A DNA stretch of 64,000 nt. It comes from Cyanophora paradoxa CCMP329 (Eukaryota; Plantae; Glaucophyta). The notes under the pieces are model-generated. The model did no database searches, was not told where the DNA came from, and worked only from the letters and a program-made list of their open reading frames with translations. Positions 35,068 through 47,400 of this stretch are shown here, in pieces (position 1 is the first letter of the stretch; the number at the start of each line of letters is the position of its first letter). The stretch lies in NCBI GenBank assembly GCA_004431415.1, contig QPMI01000618.1, forward strand, positions 1-64,000, given 5' to 3'. The position numbers and the translations under genes were made by a program.

Positions 35068-37908
35068 AGCAGCGCCGCCTCGTCGGCCGTGCCAACCGAC
35101 GCTCCGGGCGGCCGCAGATCGACGAGGCGTGCGCGAACCAGCGGGTGCAGCTGGACTCGCAGCCGGAGGCCCTGGACGCCATGGAGCGCCGCATCCTCCA
35201 GGTCAGCGAACGCGAGCAAGCGCGAGCCGCCTCGTACACTAGGTTGGACCCCTCCTAAGCAGCGGGCTCGCAGCTGGAGGTGGAGAGGACGGCGCTGGAG
35301 CGGGAGAAGGACGCGGCGAGCAGGGCCCGCCTCGACGACGTCGCCGCCGAGATCGACCGCCTCCGCGACGTCCGCCCTTCTTCTTAGCGCTTCTTTCGTC
35401 TTCTCCGCCCTGACGGGGACGGTGCGGGCGGGCGGGCGGGGCGCAGGAGCTGGCGCCGAAGAAGGCGCGGTACGAGGAGGAGAAGGGGCGCCTGCAGGAG
35501 ATCCAGAACCTCCAGCGCAAGGTCCGCCCCGCCCCGCCCCGCGCGCCCCGCCCCGCCCCGCGCTTCGGGATCGAACGAATGCGGTTCGGGATCGACCAAC
35601 GAGCGAGCTCACGCGCCGGCGCAGCTGGACGAGCTGCGGAACAAGATCGCGATGGCGGAGAACAGGCGCGACCTCGCCACCGCCGCCGACCTCCGGTGCG
35701 GCCCGTTTCGGGATCGAACGAACGCGCCCGCCGCGTTTCGGGATCAAACGAACGAGCGGGCAGGTACGGGGCGGTGCCGGAGGTGGAGAAGCGGCTGCGG
35801 GAGGTGCAGGCGGAGGTGCAGCGGACGGAGGGCGAGCGCATGCTCTCCGAGGTCGTCGCCGTCGAGCAGATCTGCGACGTCGTCTCCCGGTCCGCCTTGT
35901 CGGCCCCTCAAGCCCAAGCTTAAGCCTGGCCTTAGCCGTGCCCGAGCCATCTAGTTTAGGCCGCGCCCGCCCCGCCTCGTCCCGCGCGGTCCGCCGGGCG
36001 CTGAAGGGCGACGCCCGCCCCCTCGACTTCCCCGCCCCGCCCGGGCCCTTCAAGCTTGGCGCCATCTAGTCTTAGCTAATGTTCCCAATCCGCCTCGCCC
36101 CGCGCGGTCCGCCCTCCACCTCCCCGCCCCGCCCGCCCCGCCCTCAAGCCTTGGCCGAGCCATCCAATCTAAGCGGCGGCCGACCTACTGTCCCCACCCC
36201 GCCTCGCCCGCCCCCTCAAGACTCGCCGAGCTGACGTGGGGGGCGCGTGCTTCGGCTCTCAGGTGGACGGGGATCCCCGTGACGCGGCTGAACCAGTCCC
36301 AGCGCGAGCGCCTCCTCAACCTCCCCAAGGCACGCAGAAAGTCGCACCCGTCGTTCTAGCCAGCCACCCTCTGAGGCTGACCGACCGACCGGCCGACCGC
36401 GCCGCGCCTCCCGCACGCAGGAGCTGCACCGGCGGGTGGTGGGCCAGGACGAGGCGGTGGACGCGGTGGCCGAGGCGGTGCTGCGCTCGCGGGCCGGCCT
36501 GGCGCGCGAGCGGCAGCCGCTCGGCTCCTTCCTGTTCCTGGGGCCGACGGGCGTGGGCAAGACGGAGCTCGCCAAGGCCCTCGCCGCCGAGCTCTTCGAC
36601 GACGACCAGCACATCGTGCGCCCCGCCCCGCCCCGCCCCGCCCGATTCTTCGGGATCGAACGAACGCGGTTCGGGATCGAACGAACGAGCGACCCCGCCC
36701 CGCCCCGCCCGCTAAGACGCTTAAGACGCCGTCGTAGATCTTTCAAGAGCCCGTTCCCGCCCCGCCCTGCCCCGCCCCGCCCCGCCCCGCCCCGCCCCGG
36801 CCGGTGAAGGAGCGCTGAGCTGAGCTGACGGCCGGGCGGCGGGCCGGGGGCAGGTGCGGATCGACATGAGCGAGTACATGGAGCCGCACAGCGTGGCGCG
36901 GCTCATCGGCTCGCCCCCGGGCTACGTCGGCTTCGAGGAGGGCGGCCAGCTCACCGAGAAGGCCCGCCCGCACGCCCCTTCTTCTTCTTCCTCCTCCTCC
37001 CGCCCGCCCCGTCGGCTTCTTACCGCTCCCTTCTGACCCCGTCGGCTTCAGGTGCGGCGGCGGCCGTACAACGTGGTGCTGATGGACGAGATCGAGAAGG
37101 CGCACCCGCAGGTCTCCAACGTCCTCCTCCAGGCGCGCCCCCGCCCGCCCGCCTTTCTCCCGCCCTTCTCTGACTGACAGGCCGCCGCGCGTGCCCTCCT
37201 CGCTCGCTCGCAGGTGCTGGACGAGGGGCGCCTGACGGACGGGCACGGGCGCACCGTCGACTTCTCCAACGTCGTCGTCATCCTCACCAGGTCCCATCCG
37301 CCTCTCAGATCCGATCTGATCCGATCTGACCTGATCTGAACTGATCTGACCCGGCTGCGCACAGCAACCTGGGGGCGGAGCACATCCTGACGGGCGTGAC
37401 GCCCGAGGGCCACCTCACCTCCGCCGCCCACAACCAGGTCCGACGGGCCTCCGCCCCTCCTCTCTCGCCCAACGCTCCGGTCCTGCCGCCCGCGCCGCCG
37501 ACGCCGCCGCCCGCGCAGGTGATGGCGGCGGTGAAGCGGCACTTCCGGCCCGAGCTGCTGAACCGCCTGGACGAGGTCGTGGTCTTCGCGCCGCTGAAGC
37601 CAGCGGACCTCAAGCAGATCGTCCACCTCCAGCTCGCCGGCGTCTCGAAGCGCCTCGAGGGCCGCGACATCGCGCTGAGCATCACCGACGCCGCCGCGGC
37701 GCTCGTGCTGAAGGAGGCCTACGACCCGGTCTTCGGGGCGCGCCCGCTGAAGCGCTACCTCGAGAAGAACGTCGTCACGCGCCTGAGCCGCCTGCTCGTC
37801 TCGGGAGAGCTGGAGGACCACATGGCCGTCCGCGTCGACGCCGAGGACGGGCGCCTCGCCGTCCGCCCCGAGGCCCGCTCCCCGGGCAAGCGGCCCCGCA
37901 CCTCCTAG
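32987..37908 (+). CDS. HSP101: Cytosolic Hsp101/Hsp104 (ClpB) AAA+ disaggregase, 24 exons
   Basis: Starts [13 protein letters not shown] with no transit peptide. [15 protein letters not shown]; [15 protein letters not shown]; LFIDEIH; IGATTLDEY; [10 protein letters not shown]; M-domain; WTGIPV; [14 protein letters not shown]; RIDMSEY; GSPPGYVG; GRTVDF; [11 protein letters not shown]; GARPLKR. All 23 introns splice in frame. Confidence 0.97.
37308..37352. repeat. Degenerate (GATCY)n pentamer run in Hsp101 intron 22
   Basis: GATCCGATCTGATCCGATCTGACCTGATCTGAACTGATCTGACC. Confidence 0.8.
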
Positions 37909-38538
37909 GCCCCCGGCCTCCCCCGCCCTGGCCTGGGCTCCAGATCGAGCTTCGCTTGGACCCGACCTCTTGCTTCTAATTATTTATTCGAATTCATCTC
38001 TTTGGGCAGCCCTTTTAGCTAGTCAGACGCTCGGCAGCTCTTTCTCCGATCCTGCGTGTTTGATTGCATTCGAATTCCCTGTAAATAGACGTAGATAGTG
38101 TTGCGTAGACGTAGACAGTTTTGTGAAGTCGATTCTTACAATAGCTGCATGAAACGGCCAAAGTTCGTATACATAAAGCTTAAGTCGATATTAATCTGTG
38201 CCCCTTGACCCCTGGAATTAACTAAATACAAGTAATCCAAGGGTGCATTCTTATGAAAGAGTCGTCGGCGTGTCACAGTGTGCCTCATCGTTGCGATGCT
38301 GCTCGCCGAGTCGGGAGGGATCGTGTGAGCTTCATCAACATCTCATCAACATCTGTCACAGTGTGGCTTCTTCCACGAATCACGTTATATAATTATAATT
38401 ACAATCTTGCCTGGGCGAGGGTGGCAGGGCGAGGCGGGCGGGGTGGCGAGGCGGAACGAAAACGATGAAGTCTACGCTAGGTTCTGCTTATAATAAATTC
38501 ATGATTACGTATACTCTTCACTGTAAACAGATCTAGAT

Positions 38539-41326
38539 CTAATTAGATCCAATGCGAGAGAACACGTCTATACTATGATATATACCGCGTGGGGGCTCGG
38601 GGGGCCTCCCAGCCGGCGGCTTCGGGGACGACGCGCAGCAGAAGAGGAACGCGAAGAAGCCGCCCTCGCGGCGGCCCCGCTCGCAGCAGCCCTCCCCCCC
38701 GCGATCGAACTGGTAGTCCTCCCCGAGGTCCAGCTCCAGGTCTGGCTCGGGTCCCAGCTCCAGTCCGGTTGGCTCCTCGCCCTAGAAACGAACGTACGTT
38801 TTAACTCGGCACGTTCAAATCAAACATGGAAAAAGAAGCCGAATGAAAGGGCGCACGGGGCTCGCGGCTGCTATGAACTCTTGCGCGATTTCTTCCTCAG
38901 TGAAAGGCCCGTCCAGCACTGCGTCCTCTGCAGGAGACGGCGTCACGACAAGGAGGCGCCGCGCGCGCCGAGAGACATTAAGTGTGGAATCAGCTTAAGA
39001 GATCTAGAGTGCTGCGAAGTCAGACTGGGTAAAGCTTGCGGCGCACTGAAAGCGTCGGGGAGAACGAGGGCGCGGAGGGCGAGCTTGATGCCCCCGGCCA
39101 CCCCGTGCCGAACCACCTCTGCGAATCGGAGGGCCGATTGTAATCAATGCTTCTGCGCGAGATCGAATATTCGAATCTGAGAGGGTCCGCTCGCTCACTC
39201 GCAGAGGCCTGCTTGGCGAGATGCCTTCCCTGAAGCAGGCCGAATATTACTAAGCTATAAAATTAGATCTGGAGGCCATGCGGAAAGCTGATGATTATCG
39301 AAGTTCAATCTTATGATCATGATCAACGCGGAACAATTATTTAGATCTAGAGGGACCCCGGGAAGGGCGGGCACGAAAAGGGCCGCGACGTCGGACGCCT
39401 TGAGTCCCCCCGACCGGAGCTGGTCGATGCCGCCCCGCGCCTCAAAGTCGGCCTGGCTTCCGGAATTAGGGCGGCCCGGCGCGCGGCCGCTGAGCTCTGG
39501 ATCGGATGTAGAAGGGTACGTATACGTGCCGCAAAGTTCTTGGCAGCTTCTGCTGCGACCTCTGCCGCGCCCTGCCGCGCGCGGTATTAGTCAAAGCATG
39601 CATGCACGTCGGCTCATGATCAAAACTGAAAGGCTCGCCTCGCCGATCTCCCAGATGCCTTCCGCTCTTGGCTTGACGGGCAGAGCAATCATGAGCAGTT
39701 CCAGCGCTAGTCTGCGGTCCGGGCCGCAGTCAGTTGGCAGATCTCACACATGTGCAGGAGATCGCACATTCCGCCGTGCTTTGCGATAGCCTTTTTGTCT
39801 CTCGCCTGCGAGGCGATCGCGATTCGCGTCGTGTCCCAAATCGAAAATTTTCTCCAGATCTAGGTAGCCTATATATAGCTGTATGTAGGCACCTTTAATG
39901 CGTGCTCGAGGCCGAGCGATGCGCCGGCGATAGCTGCGGCCGCGGGCGACTCAGGATGAAAATCTGGAAGGGATTAAGGTGAACCGTGAACGGTGCTGCG
40001 CACTCCCAGCGAAAGGCAGCTCAGCGAGTTTCTGCGAGGGCTTTCAGCTCAGCTCGATTAATTAAGCTTCAGTCCGCTGCACGAAATAACTGAACGAATT
40101 TAAAAGCGAACTTGCCTTGGTCATCTCGTACCGGCACTTGTTCGCGACTTTCCCGAACTGCTTAATGTCACCCTGGAACGCCGCCTCGAAGCCGCCGCGG
40201 AGCCACTTCTCGAACCTGCGCGCAGTCGGAATTTAATCATGTGTGCTCTATAATTATATAAATAGATAGTAGCTGTAAAATCCTAATTATATAAAGAGGC
40301 GCGGCACGCACTCTTCGACGAGCCCGGCGTAGGCCTGAAGGGACTTGTTGATCCTCTCTCCGATGTAGGGGACCTGTACGAATAATATAATAATATCGAT
40401 ATCCAGAGCGAGCCTCGGACGGCGTCCGGGGCGGTCGCTATAGCTATCTTAAACGCAGGCCGAAGTCGCTGGATGTTTTATTCGGTTTATTCGCTTGAAC
40501 TGGAGGGCAAGCTTAAGCACCGATGCGGCCTTCTCGCCGAGGCTCTTGGCACCCACGGCGCTCAGCTCGATGACGTCTTTGGCTAGGCTAACGTCCGCGA
40601 GAAGGCTAATGGCCTGCGACATCGCATAATGAGCGCGAATATTTAAACGCTTTGAAGAACAACGTCGAATTCGCGCGCATGTTTGGCCACCATGATCTTC
40701 TGCTCCTTAGTCTCCGCCTGCCTCGCCAGTTGGTAGTTCTGCGCACGCGGCCTTTCCATGACTTCGCAGAAGAAGAGCGCGAGGTGAGATCTAGAGGACA
40801 AGGTCGTCGACGCACCCTCGCGGCCTTTTTCGAGATTTGATCGCCCCTCTGCAGAGACGGAATATTAGTCAGCTGGGAAGTTTATGAGGTCCGCAGACCC
40901 CGGCCCGGGCCCGGCATAGCTCGCGATTGCGAGCTCGCGCTCGCCTCTGCGGCATACTCGTATGTAGAGTGAGCGACCTGAGAGAGAGGGGGGGAGAGAG
41001 ATTAGGGCGGGGACGGGCTAACTGAGAGATCTGCAGGCTCCAGGCGAAGGGGGGGAGGGGGGGGGGGGGGGGGGGGCAGGGGGGGCGGGGAGGGAGGCGG
41101 GGCGGGGTGGGGGGAGGGGGAGGGCTGTTCAAACCTTCCTGGCGCCCTTTTTACACTACGCGGCACGCGTGCGGCGGGCAGGCGTACGCGTCAGTGGCCG
41201 CAGGCCGGGCGCCGACTATATATCAAATCATCGGATTATGTATGCAACACACGCCGCGACGCATACGCATTAGGAACGACGCCCGCGCCGACGTCGCCGC
41301 CGCACCTTGGAGAAGCAGTTGGTCAT
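38539..41326 (-). CDS. Hypothetical multi-exon protein, no recognised family; both ends uncertain
   Basis: Splice-bounded exons: AISLLADVSLAKDVIELSAVGAKSLGEKAAS / VPYIGERINKSLQAYAGLVEE / FEKWLRGGFEAAFQGDIKQFGKVANKCRYEMTK / ADFEARGGIDQLRSGGLKASDVAALF / KVVRHGVAGGIKLALRALVLPDAF / DAVLDGPFTEEEIAQEF / GGFFAFLFCCASS. Possible starts at 40759 or 41326. Confidence 0.6.
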
Positions 41327-41858
41327 TTCGCGCCTCCTCGCGCTCAGAGTCGGCGTTCACGTCGACGTCGCGCCTATAGCTAGCTAAAGGCCGAGGCCTG
41401 CATGCACGCGTACGCCCAGCTCCGCAGCCGTATAAATGCTCAGCAGGGTCTACTAGCTATAGGCTAACCCAAATTGGAGATGGCAGCGACGCTTAGCGTC
41501 TGTGTTTGTCTTAAAAGCTTGCAGGCCGCGGCCGCGGCCGGTCGCAGTTGCCGCAGTGCAGGCTCGCAGCTGCCGAGCCTTCGAATTCCGACGTCGACAC
41601 CAGAGCTTTTGACCGTCGGACACCCGGTGAGCAGCGCTTAGCGCGGCTAGCGCTGCATCTGCGGCCTAGGAGTCCTACTCCGCCAGCGGCCGCGCGCGGA
41701 TGATCCCGGACGGCGACGGCGGCGGAGCTCGAACCCGCGCCGCCCGGCCTGCGGTCCAGCTGCTGAGTCAGTGCTGACTCGCCGCGGCGCGGCCCGCGCG
41801 GGTCCGCTCACTGAGTCAGCGGCTGGCCCGCCGCTGGAGGCGGCTGGAGTCGCTGGAC

Positions 41859-41993
41859 CAGGCTTCAACGCGGCTTGCAATTGCACTTCAAGGTTTGTAC
41901 CACTCAAGGGGTACCAGTATCTTCAAGGCTGCGGCCCACTCAGGCTTCAACGCGGCTTGCAATTGCACTTCAAGGTTTGTACCACTCAAGGGG
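41859..41993. repeat. 53-bp exact direct repeat in intergenic DNA
   Basis: CAGGCTTCAACGCGGCTTGCAATTGCACTTCAAGGTTTGTACCACTCAAGGGG at 41859-41911 and 41941-41993. Confidence 0.95.
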
Positions 41994-43382
41994 GCCCAGC
42001 CGACGGCGCCGGCCGTCTCCCGCCGTCGACGTCGGGCCGCGAGTCCCCGGCGCCCGGCTCCGAGGCGAGTTCGCGATCGCGAGCCTCCGAGGCTCCGGAG
42101 TCCGGAGTCCGGAATCCGGATCCCGGAATCATGAATCATTTTGAATCATGATCAGCTGCAGCTGCAGCCTGCAGGCTGCCACAGCCTGCCAGGCTGCAGC
42201 GGCTTGCAAGTTGCAATTGCCGGCGCATTCTTGCACATGCGCTTGCAGGCCTAGGCCATTAAATATTGCAGGCTAATTATCATGACTGCCCGCGGCCGGG
42301 CTAGCCTGTGAGTCAGAGACAGCGTATACGTAGTACGTACGCGTGCACCGCCGTGCAGACCGTCGGACGGCGCGCGCCCGGCCCGGCCCGCGCGCGCGGC
42401 GCCGGCGAGTCGGCCGAGCCCGGCGGGGCGCTCCAAAGCCGCGCCTGCGCATGCTGCGTGACTCTGCGTCAAATTCAATGATTCGAGATAGTACGTAGCT
42501 AGTAGGCTTCAAGGCTTATCTAGTAACATTCTAGTTTAATTTCGCGGGAAGCGGCCGCCGCCGGCCGCGGGCCCGCGGCCCGCCGCCGGCCGGGAATTCG
42601 AATCCGGAACTTTCGCCTGACCGAGAGTCGAACTTGATCCGAAAGTTCCGAAACCGGGGTACCATTCTATTAAGACCACTTCTTCATGATCATCATCAAG
42701 ACTTCAACGTTAACGGCTGCGTCTCCTCGAGCTCATCGATATCACTCAGTCACTCCGTGACTGGCAATCCGTGTCCCAGACTCCCAGTGTACAGTGTACT
42801 GCGCCAACTAGTACTCTAAATCTGCGACTCTGCTTAGAGTCTGCTGCGCCGCGCGGCCCGCGGCCGCCGCGCCGGGCGCCGGGCCGAGCGCGTCCGACGG
42901 TCCAGACTCCCGACAGCCGCAGCTCATGATCAGCGGCTTCAGTCTAGCCGCTGAGCGCCGCACCAGCCTGGCAGCGCAGGCACATGTACCGCGGCCGGTA
43001 CAGCTGCAGCTGCAGGCACCGAATTTGAATTCGAAACCGTCACGTGCACGCTGCTGCATGTGATTCATGATCAAATATACGCCAACGGTACGTATACGTA
43101 CTCCCGCGCACGGACGCCGGTCAGCGCAGGCTGCGCTGCGCATGCCGCCGCCGCCGGCCTGCCGCCGCGCATGCCGCGGCCTTCCGGTCCGATTTGAAAA
43201 TTTAAACTAACGGCCGGTCGCCTACGTACAGGCCTAGGCCTAGACCTCATGCTAGGCCCGGCCCATGCATATGCGCAGCGATTGCGGTCATGCGTATGCG
43301 TAGGCACATCCGCGCGCACGGGCTTCAGACTTCATGATCACCTCCGAGGCTCCCTGATCATGAGCGCAGCAATTGCAAGTTC

Positions 43383-44379
43383 ATGGGCCGCGCGGGCTCT
43401 GCTGTGACGTGCGCGACCCGCAAGCTGCCCGCGCACCGTGCCATTGTGGCGACGTCGACTGATCATGATTATCGGATCATGAAGCCCCGCTTAATGTTAT
43501 CCTGCCCCGCAGATCTAGACCGGCGGCCAAGCTGGCGAGGCCGGATCCTGAGCGGCTCGAGCTCGCCGCGGCACTCTTCTTAAGCTTGGCCTTCCTTGTT
43601 GCCCTCTCGTCCCTTCCCGGGGCCGCCCTCGCACGCGGTTCGGCCTTCGAAAATTCCCTCCGAATCCAGATCCATGGCTCCGGCAGGCAGGCTGATCACG
43701 AGGCGCCCCCGCAGGCGCAACGCTTTCGTACCTTGGCAACCTGACAGTGACGGCCCTCCCAAACCCCCCCGGCGCCCCCGGCGTGCGGCCTGAGGTGCGA
43801 CGCTGTGTTGAAAGAATCACGACGCCTCGCCCCGCCGCCCGCCCGCGGCCGGCCCTCTCAAAACGTCGGGCCGCGCCGCGTATCCCGGACAGAACCGCTA
43901 CGCCGCGGGAGGGGCGCTCTCCTACAACCTCACCGAGCTCCGAGCCGGCGGGACGCCCCGCGTGGGCTTCTTCACCGGTGCGTGCTGCCCCTAGCCTAGG
44001 CCTACAGCTATCAGCCTCAAGCACAGATGCCGACCGCGGGCGTGGCTGACGTGGGGCCGCGGGCCGGGCCGGGCCGGGCCCGGGCGCGCAGTGGGGGGCC
44101 TGCAAGCCCCGGAGAGCGTCGTGCGGGAGTACCGCCTGAGCGACCCGAGCCCCGCCAACGCGCTCAAGTGGAGCGCCACGAGTGTCGTGCGCCCCCCACG
44201 CCCCACGCCCCGGCCCACGCCGTCTTCGTCCCTTGCGAGGGACATCTCGCTCGCGCAGGGCGCCTCGACGACGCTCTTCGGGTGGGGGGTCGTGAGCGTC
44301 ACGACGGGGGAGGAAGATGGTGCAGCTTCGAGATTCTACCCCCATACTTCTCCCACCAGCCCCCCCCCCCCCCCCCCCC

Positions 44380-44418
<39 letters not shown>

Positions 44419-47400
44419 GCACCCCTTCCCCGCCTTCCCCCTCCGACCCCCGCCTCGCCCTGCCCTTCCCCCTCCCCCTCCCCCCACCCAGCCCTCCCCC
44501 CTCCTTCCCCCTCCAAAAAAAACCCACCCAACCCGCGCCTCGCCTTGCCTCCCCCGCCCGCCCCGGCCTGCCTCGCCCGCCCCTCCACTCAAACTCCCCT
44601 CCCCTCTCCTCCCCTCCCCTCTAACCTCTACACCACGGCCCGCCCTCCCCGCTCCGCTTTTGCCGACTCGCCGTGCTCTGCAGGCACGGTGTACTTCATC
44701 GGCGGGGCAGACGACATCGGCGGGGCGCAGAACGGCAACGACTACCGCAACCCACGCAACCGGTTGACCCGCTTCCGTGCGCCCGACCTCGAGCTCCACT
44801 TTCAAGTTTCCCTTCGCATATTCGTCCCTGCGTTTACCCCCTACTCTTCAATCCTTCCCCTCCCCCGCCCCTCTCCATCCCTCCCCTTTTCTGCCCCTCC
44901 CCGCCGCCCCCCCGCCCCCCCCCCCCCCCCAAAAAAAAGGCATCTCCGCACCCGGCCCCGACGCCCGCCAAAACGGTCCGTCGTACAGGCAACGGAGTGT
45001 ATGCGGCGCTGGCCGGCCTGCCGCGCCCGGCGGTCTTCTCAGCGGCCGTGTACGACCGGCGGCGCCAGCACATCGTCGTCCTCGCCGGCACGCCCTGCTA
45101 CGCCGACAACCGCCAGGCCCGCGCGCCTCTCCCCTCGGCAGCTGCAGCGCGCCTGACGGTTTCGCCCCGCGCAGTACGGGCTCGAGACGCTCGTCGACCC
45201 GCTTAGCTTCGTCTATAACGGGTGCGCCCTCCGGATCCGTAGCCGCCCTTCTTCCCCCCCTTCGTCTTCCTCCCTCCCTCCCCCCCCTCCCCCCCCCCCC
45301 TTCCCCTCTCTCCCTCCCTGAAGCGCTCCCCGCCATTTCTGCCGCTGATCATGACCTGGCTCCCGCGCGCGCAGGTGCAACGATATCCTTTATTACTCGG
45401 TGGAATCCAACGCCTGGACCCGCGCCGTCGACCACGATCCCTCGTGCGCCCCGCCTGCCGTGCATGCGCCCCCCACGGCCAGCGCATGTGCGCTCGCCCA
45501 CCTCTGACCGGGGCCGCGACGTCGACACGGGCAGGCACCCGTTTCTGAACGGGAAGGGGCTGCGGTCCCCTGTGGCGGCCATCTACGGCGACCGCGTCTT
45601 CCTCCACGGCGTCCGCCCCGCCCCGTCTAAGAATTATACTTCTACTTAAGCCTATCGAGATTGTTTTACGTCTTATTAACCCAGCCTCGGCGCTCTATCG
45701 TCTTCCCGTCCTCACCTCGCCCTCTCATTTCCCCGCAGGGCTTCCTGGGGGACTTCGCGACGCTGGGACACGTCTCGGCTCAGGTCGCCTTCGCCGATCT
45801 CGGCGACCTCGCCGCCGGCTGGCGCCAGGCGCGACCCGGCCCTCCGCCCCCCCCCCCCCCCCTCCCTCCCCCCTCCCGCCTCCCCCCTCCCGCCTCCCCC
45901 TGCCCACCTCCCCCTGGCCGCCCCGGCCCACATTTGCAGCAGCTTGGCTTTGGGCTCCAAATTCAAAGCTGAGACGTTTGCGGCAGGTTTCGGTGGCTGG
46001 CCCCCAGAAGCGGGGCGTCGTGGCCTCCTTCGTCTGCGGGCGCTTCTTCTTCTCCATAGGTCTGAGCCGGGCCCCAGAGCCATGACCAGGGCCGTCCGCC
46101 CTCGAGCCTTTACGATTCGATCCTTCGCTGAGCGCGCGGGTCGCGATCCCCCGCGACGGGCTGCGCAGGGGCGCCGCCGCCGGCCTCGGTGCTCCCCGCC
46201 GGTTCCTGGGGCATCTCCGCCACCGATATCGGTGCGCGGCCCCGCCAACCTCGAATTTTCAGGGAAATGCTCGCACAACGTTAACGTACAGGCTAGCCAG
46301 CGCGCCTTTCATTTGATTTGATGCGCGTATATACGTACAGGCTACAACGAGACGGGGTACAGCGACGCCGCCTTTCTGGACCTTTCGTCCCTCTCCAACG
46401 ATGGCGGCACCTACTCCCTCGCCCCATGGGGCCGCCTCCCCATCGCCGGCGACCCCGCAGACCTGGTCCGAGTCTCTTGCGGCTTCAATGTGCGAAATAA
46501 GATGTTCGATGAACGCGCCGCGCCCCAGTTCATCTTGGAGCGGGCGTACGCGACGGACTCGCGGGAGCCGCGGGGCTTCTCGGGGTGGGCCCCCCTCCCT
46601 GTCGAGCTGTACGGCAAGTGCGGGGTTCGCGCGCTTTCCTCCCTTCTTACCTTCGCGCGGCGCCTTTAGGCTTCTCCGGCTCTGCAGCCATCTGAATCGA
46701 TGTATATTGGATCCGGCCAGATCCTAGCGTACTCGAACCAGGACGTGATTCTCAAGGTGGCGACCATCACCCTCGAGACGCCCTCCGGCTCCGGCTCGGG
46801 CTCCTTCGGTCCGCCCTCTTCTAGAACGCTTTTGAACTCTAAACCGCGAGCCTGTCAGGCGGCCGCGCTAAATTATACGTATACTATGATATACGCCCTC
46901 TGATAAATTCTGTTTTTTAAACGTGTTTGAACGCTTTCCTGTTGAATTCGCAAACCGGCCGCGCGCCTGGCAGGTTGGGGGGCCCTCGACGCGACGTCGA
47001 CGGTGGCTTGCCAGACCGTGCAGGTCTACCGCATGGCCAACTGCACCTTCGCACCGCGGTGCGTCTCGAGCTCGAGCTCGCCTTCGCAGTCTCCGATCGC
47101 GACGCCATTGGCACTGGTGGGTTCGCAAACGCAGGAGCGCGGGCGCCGCGATTTCGTACCCGGCTCAGTCGGTGCGGCTGGCGTACGAGGTGCACCCGAC
47201 GGGCCTCAATGCGACGCGGCGCCGGAACGTCATATGGGGCGAGAATTCCATTTCCCAGGCAAGCCGGCCGCCCGGTCTGAGACCGGTTGTGGGCGCCCCA
47301 GGCCTCCGAAGTAATCGTGAGCCGCGCGCAGGCTATCCCCTTCCAGTTCTGGACGGGGAGCTCTGTCGGCACCGGTGCGTGTCCGCTGCTTTTGCAATTA

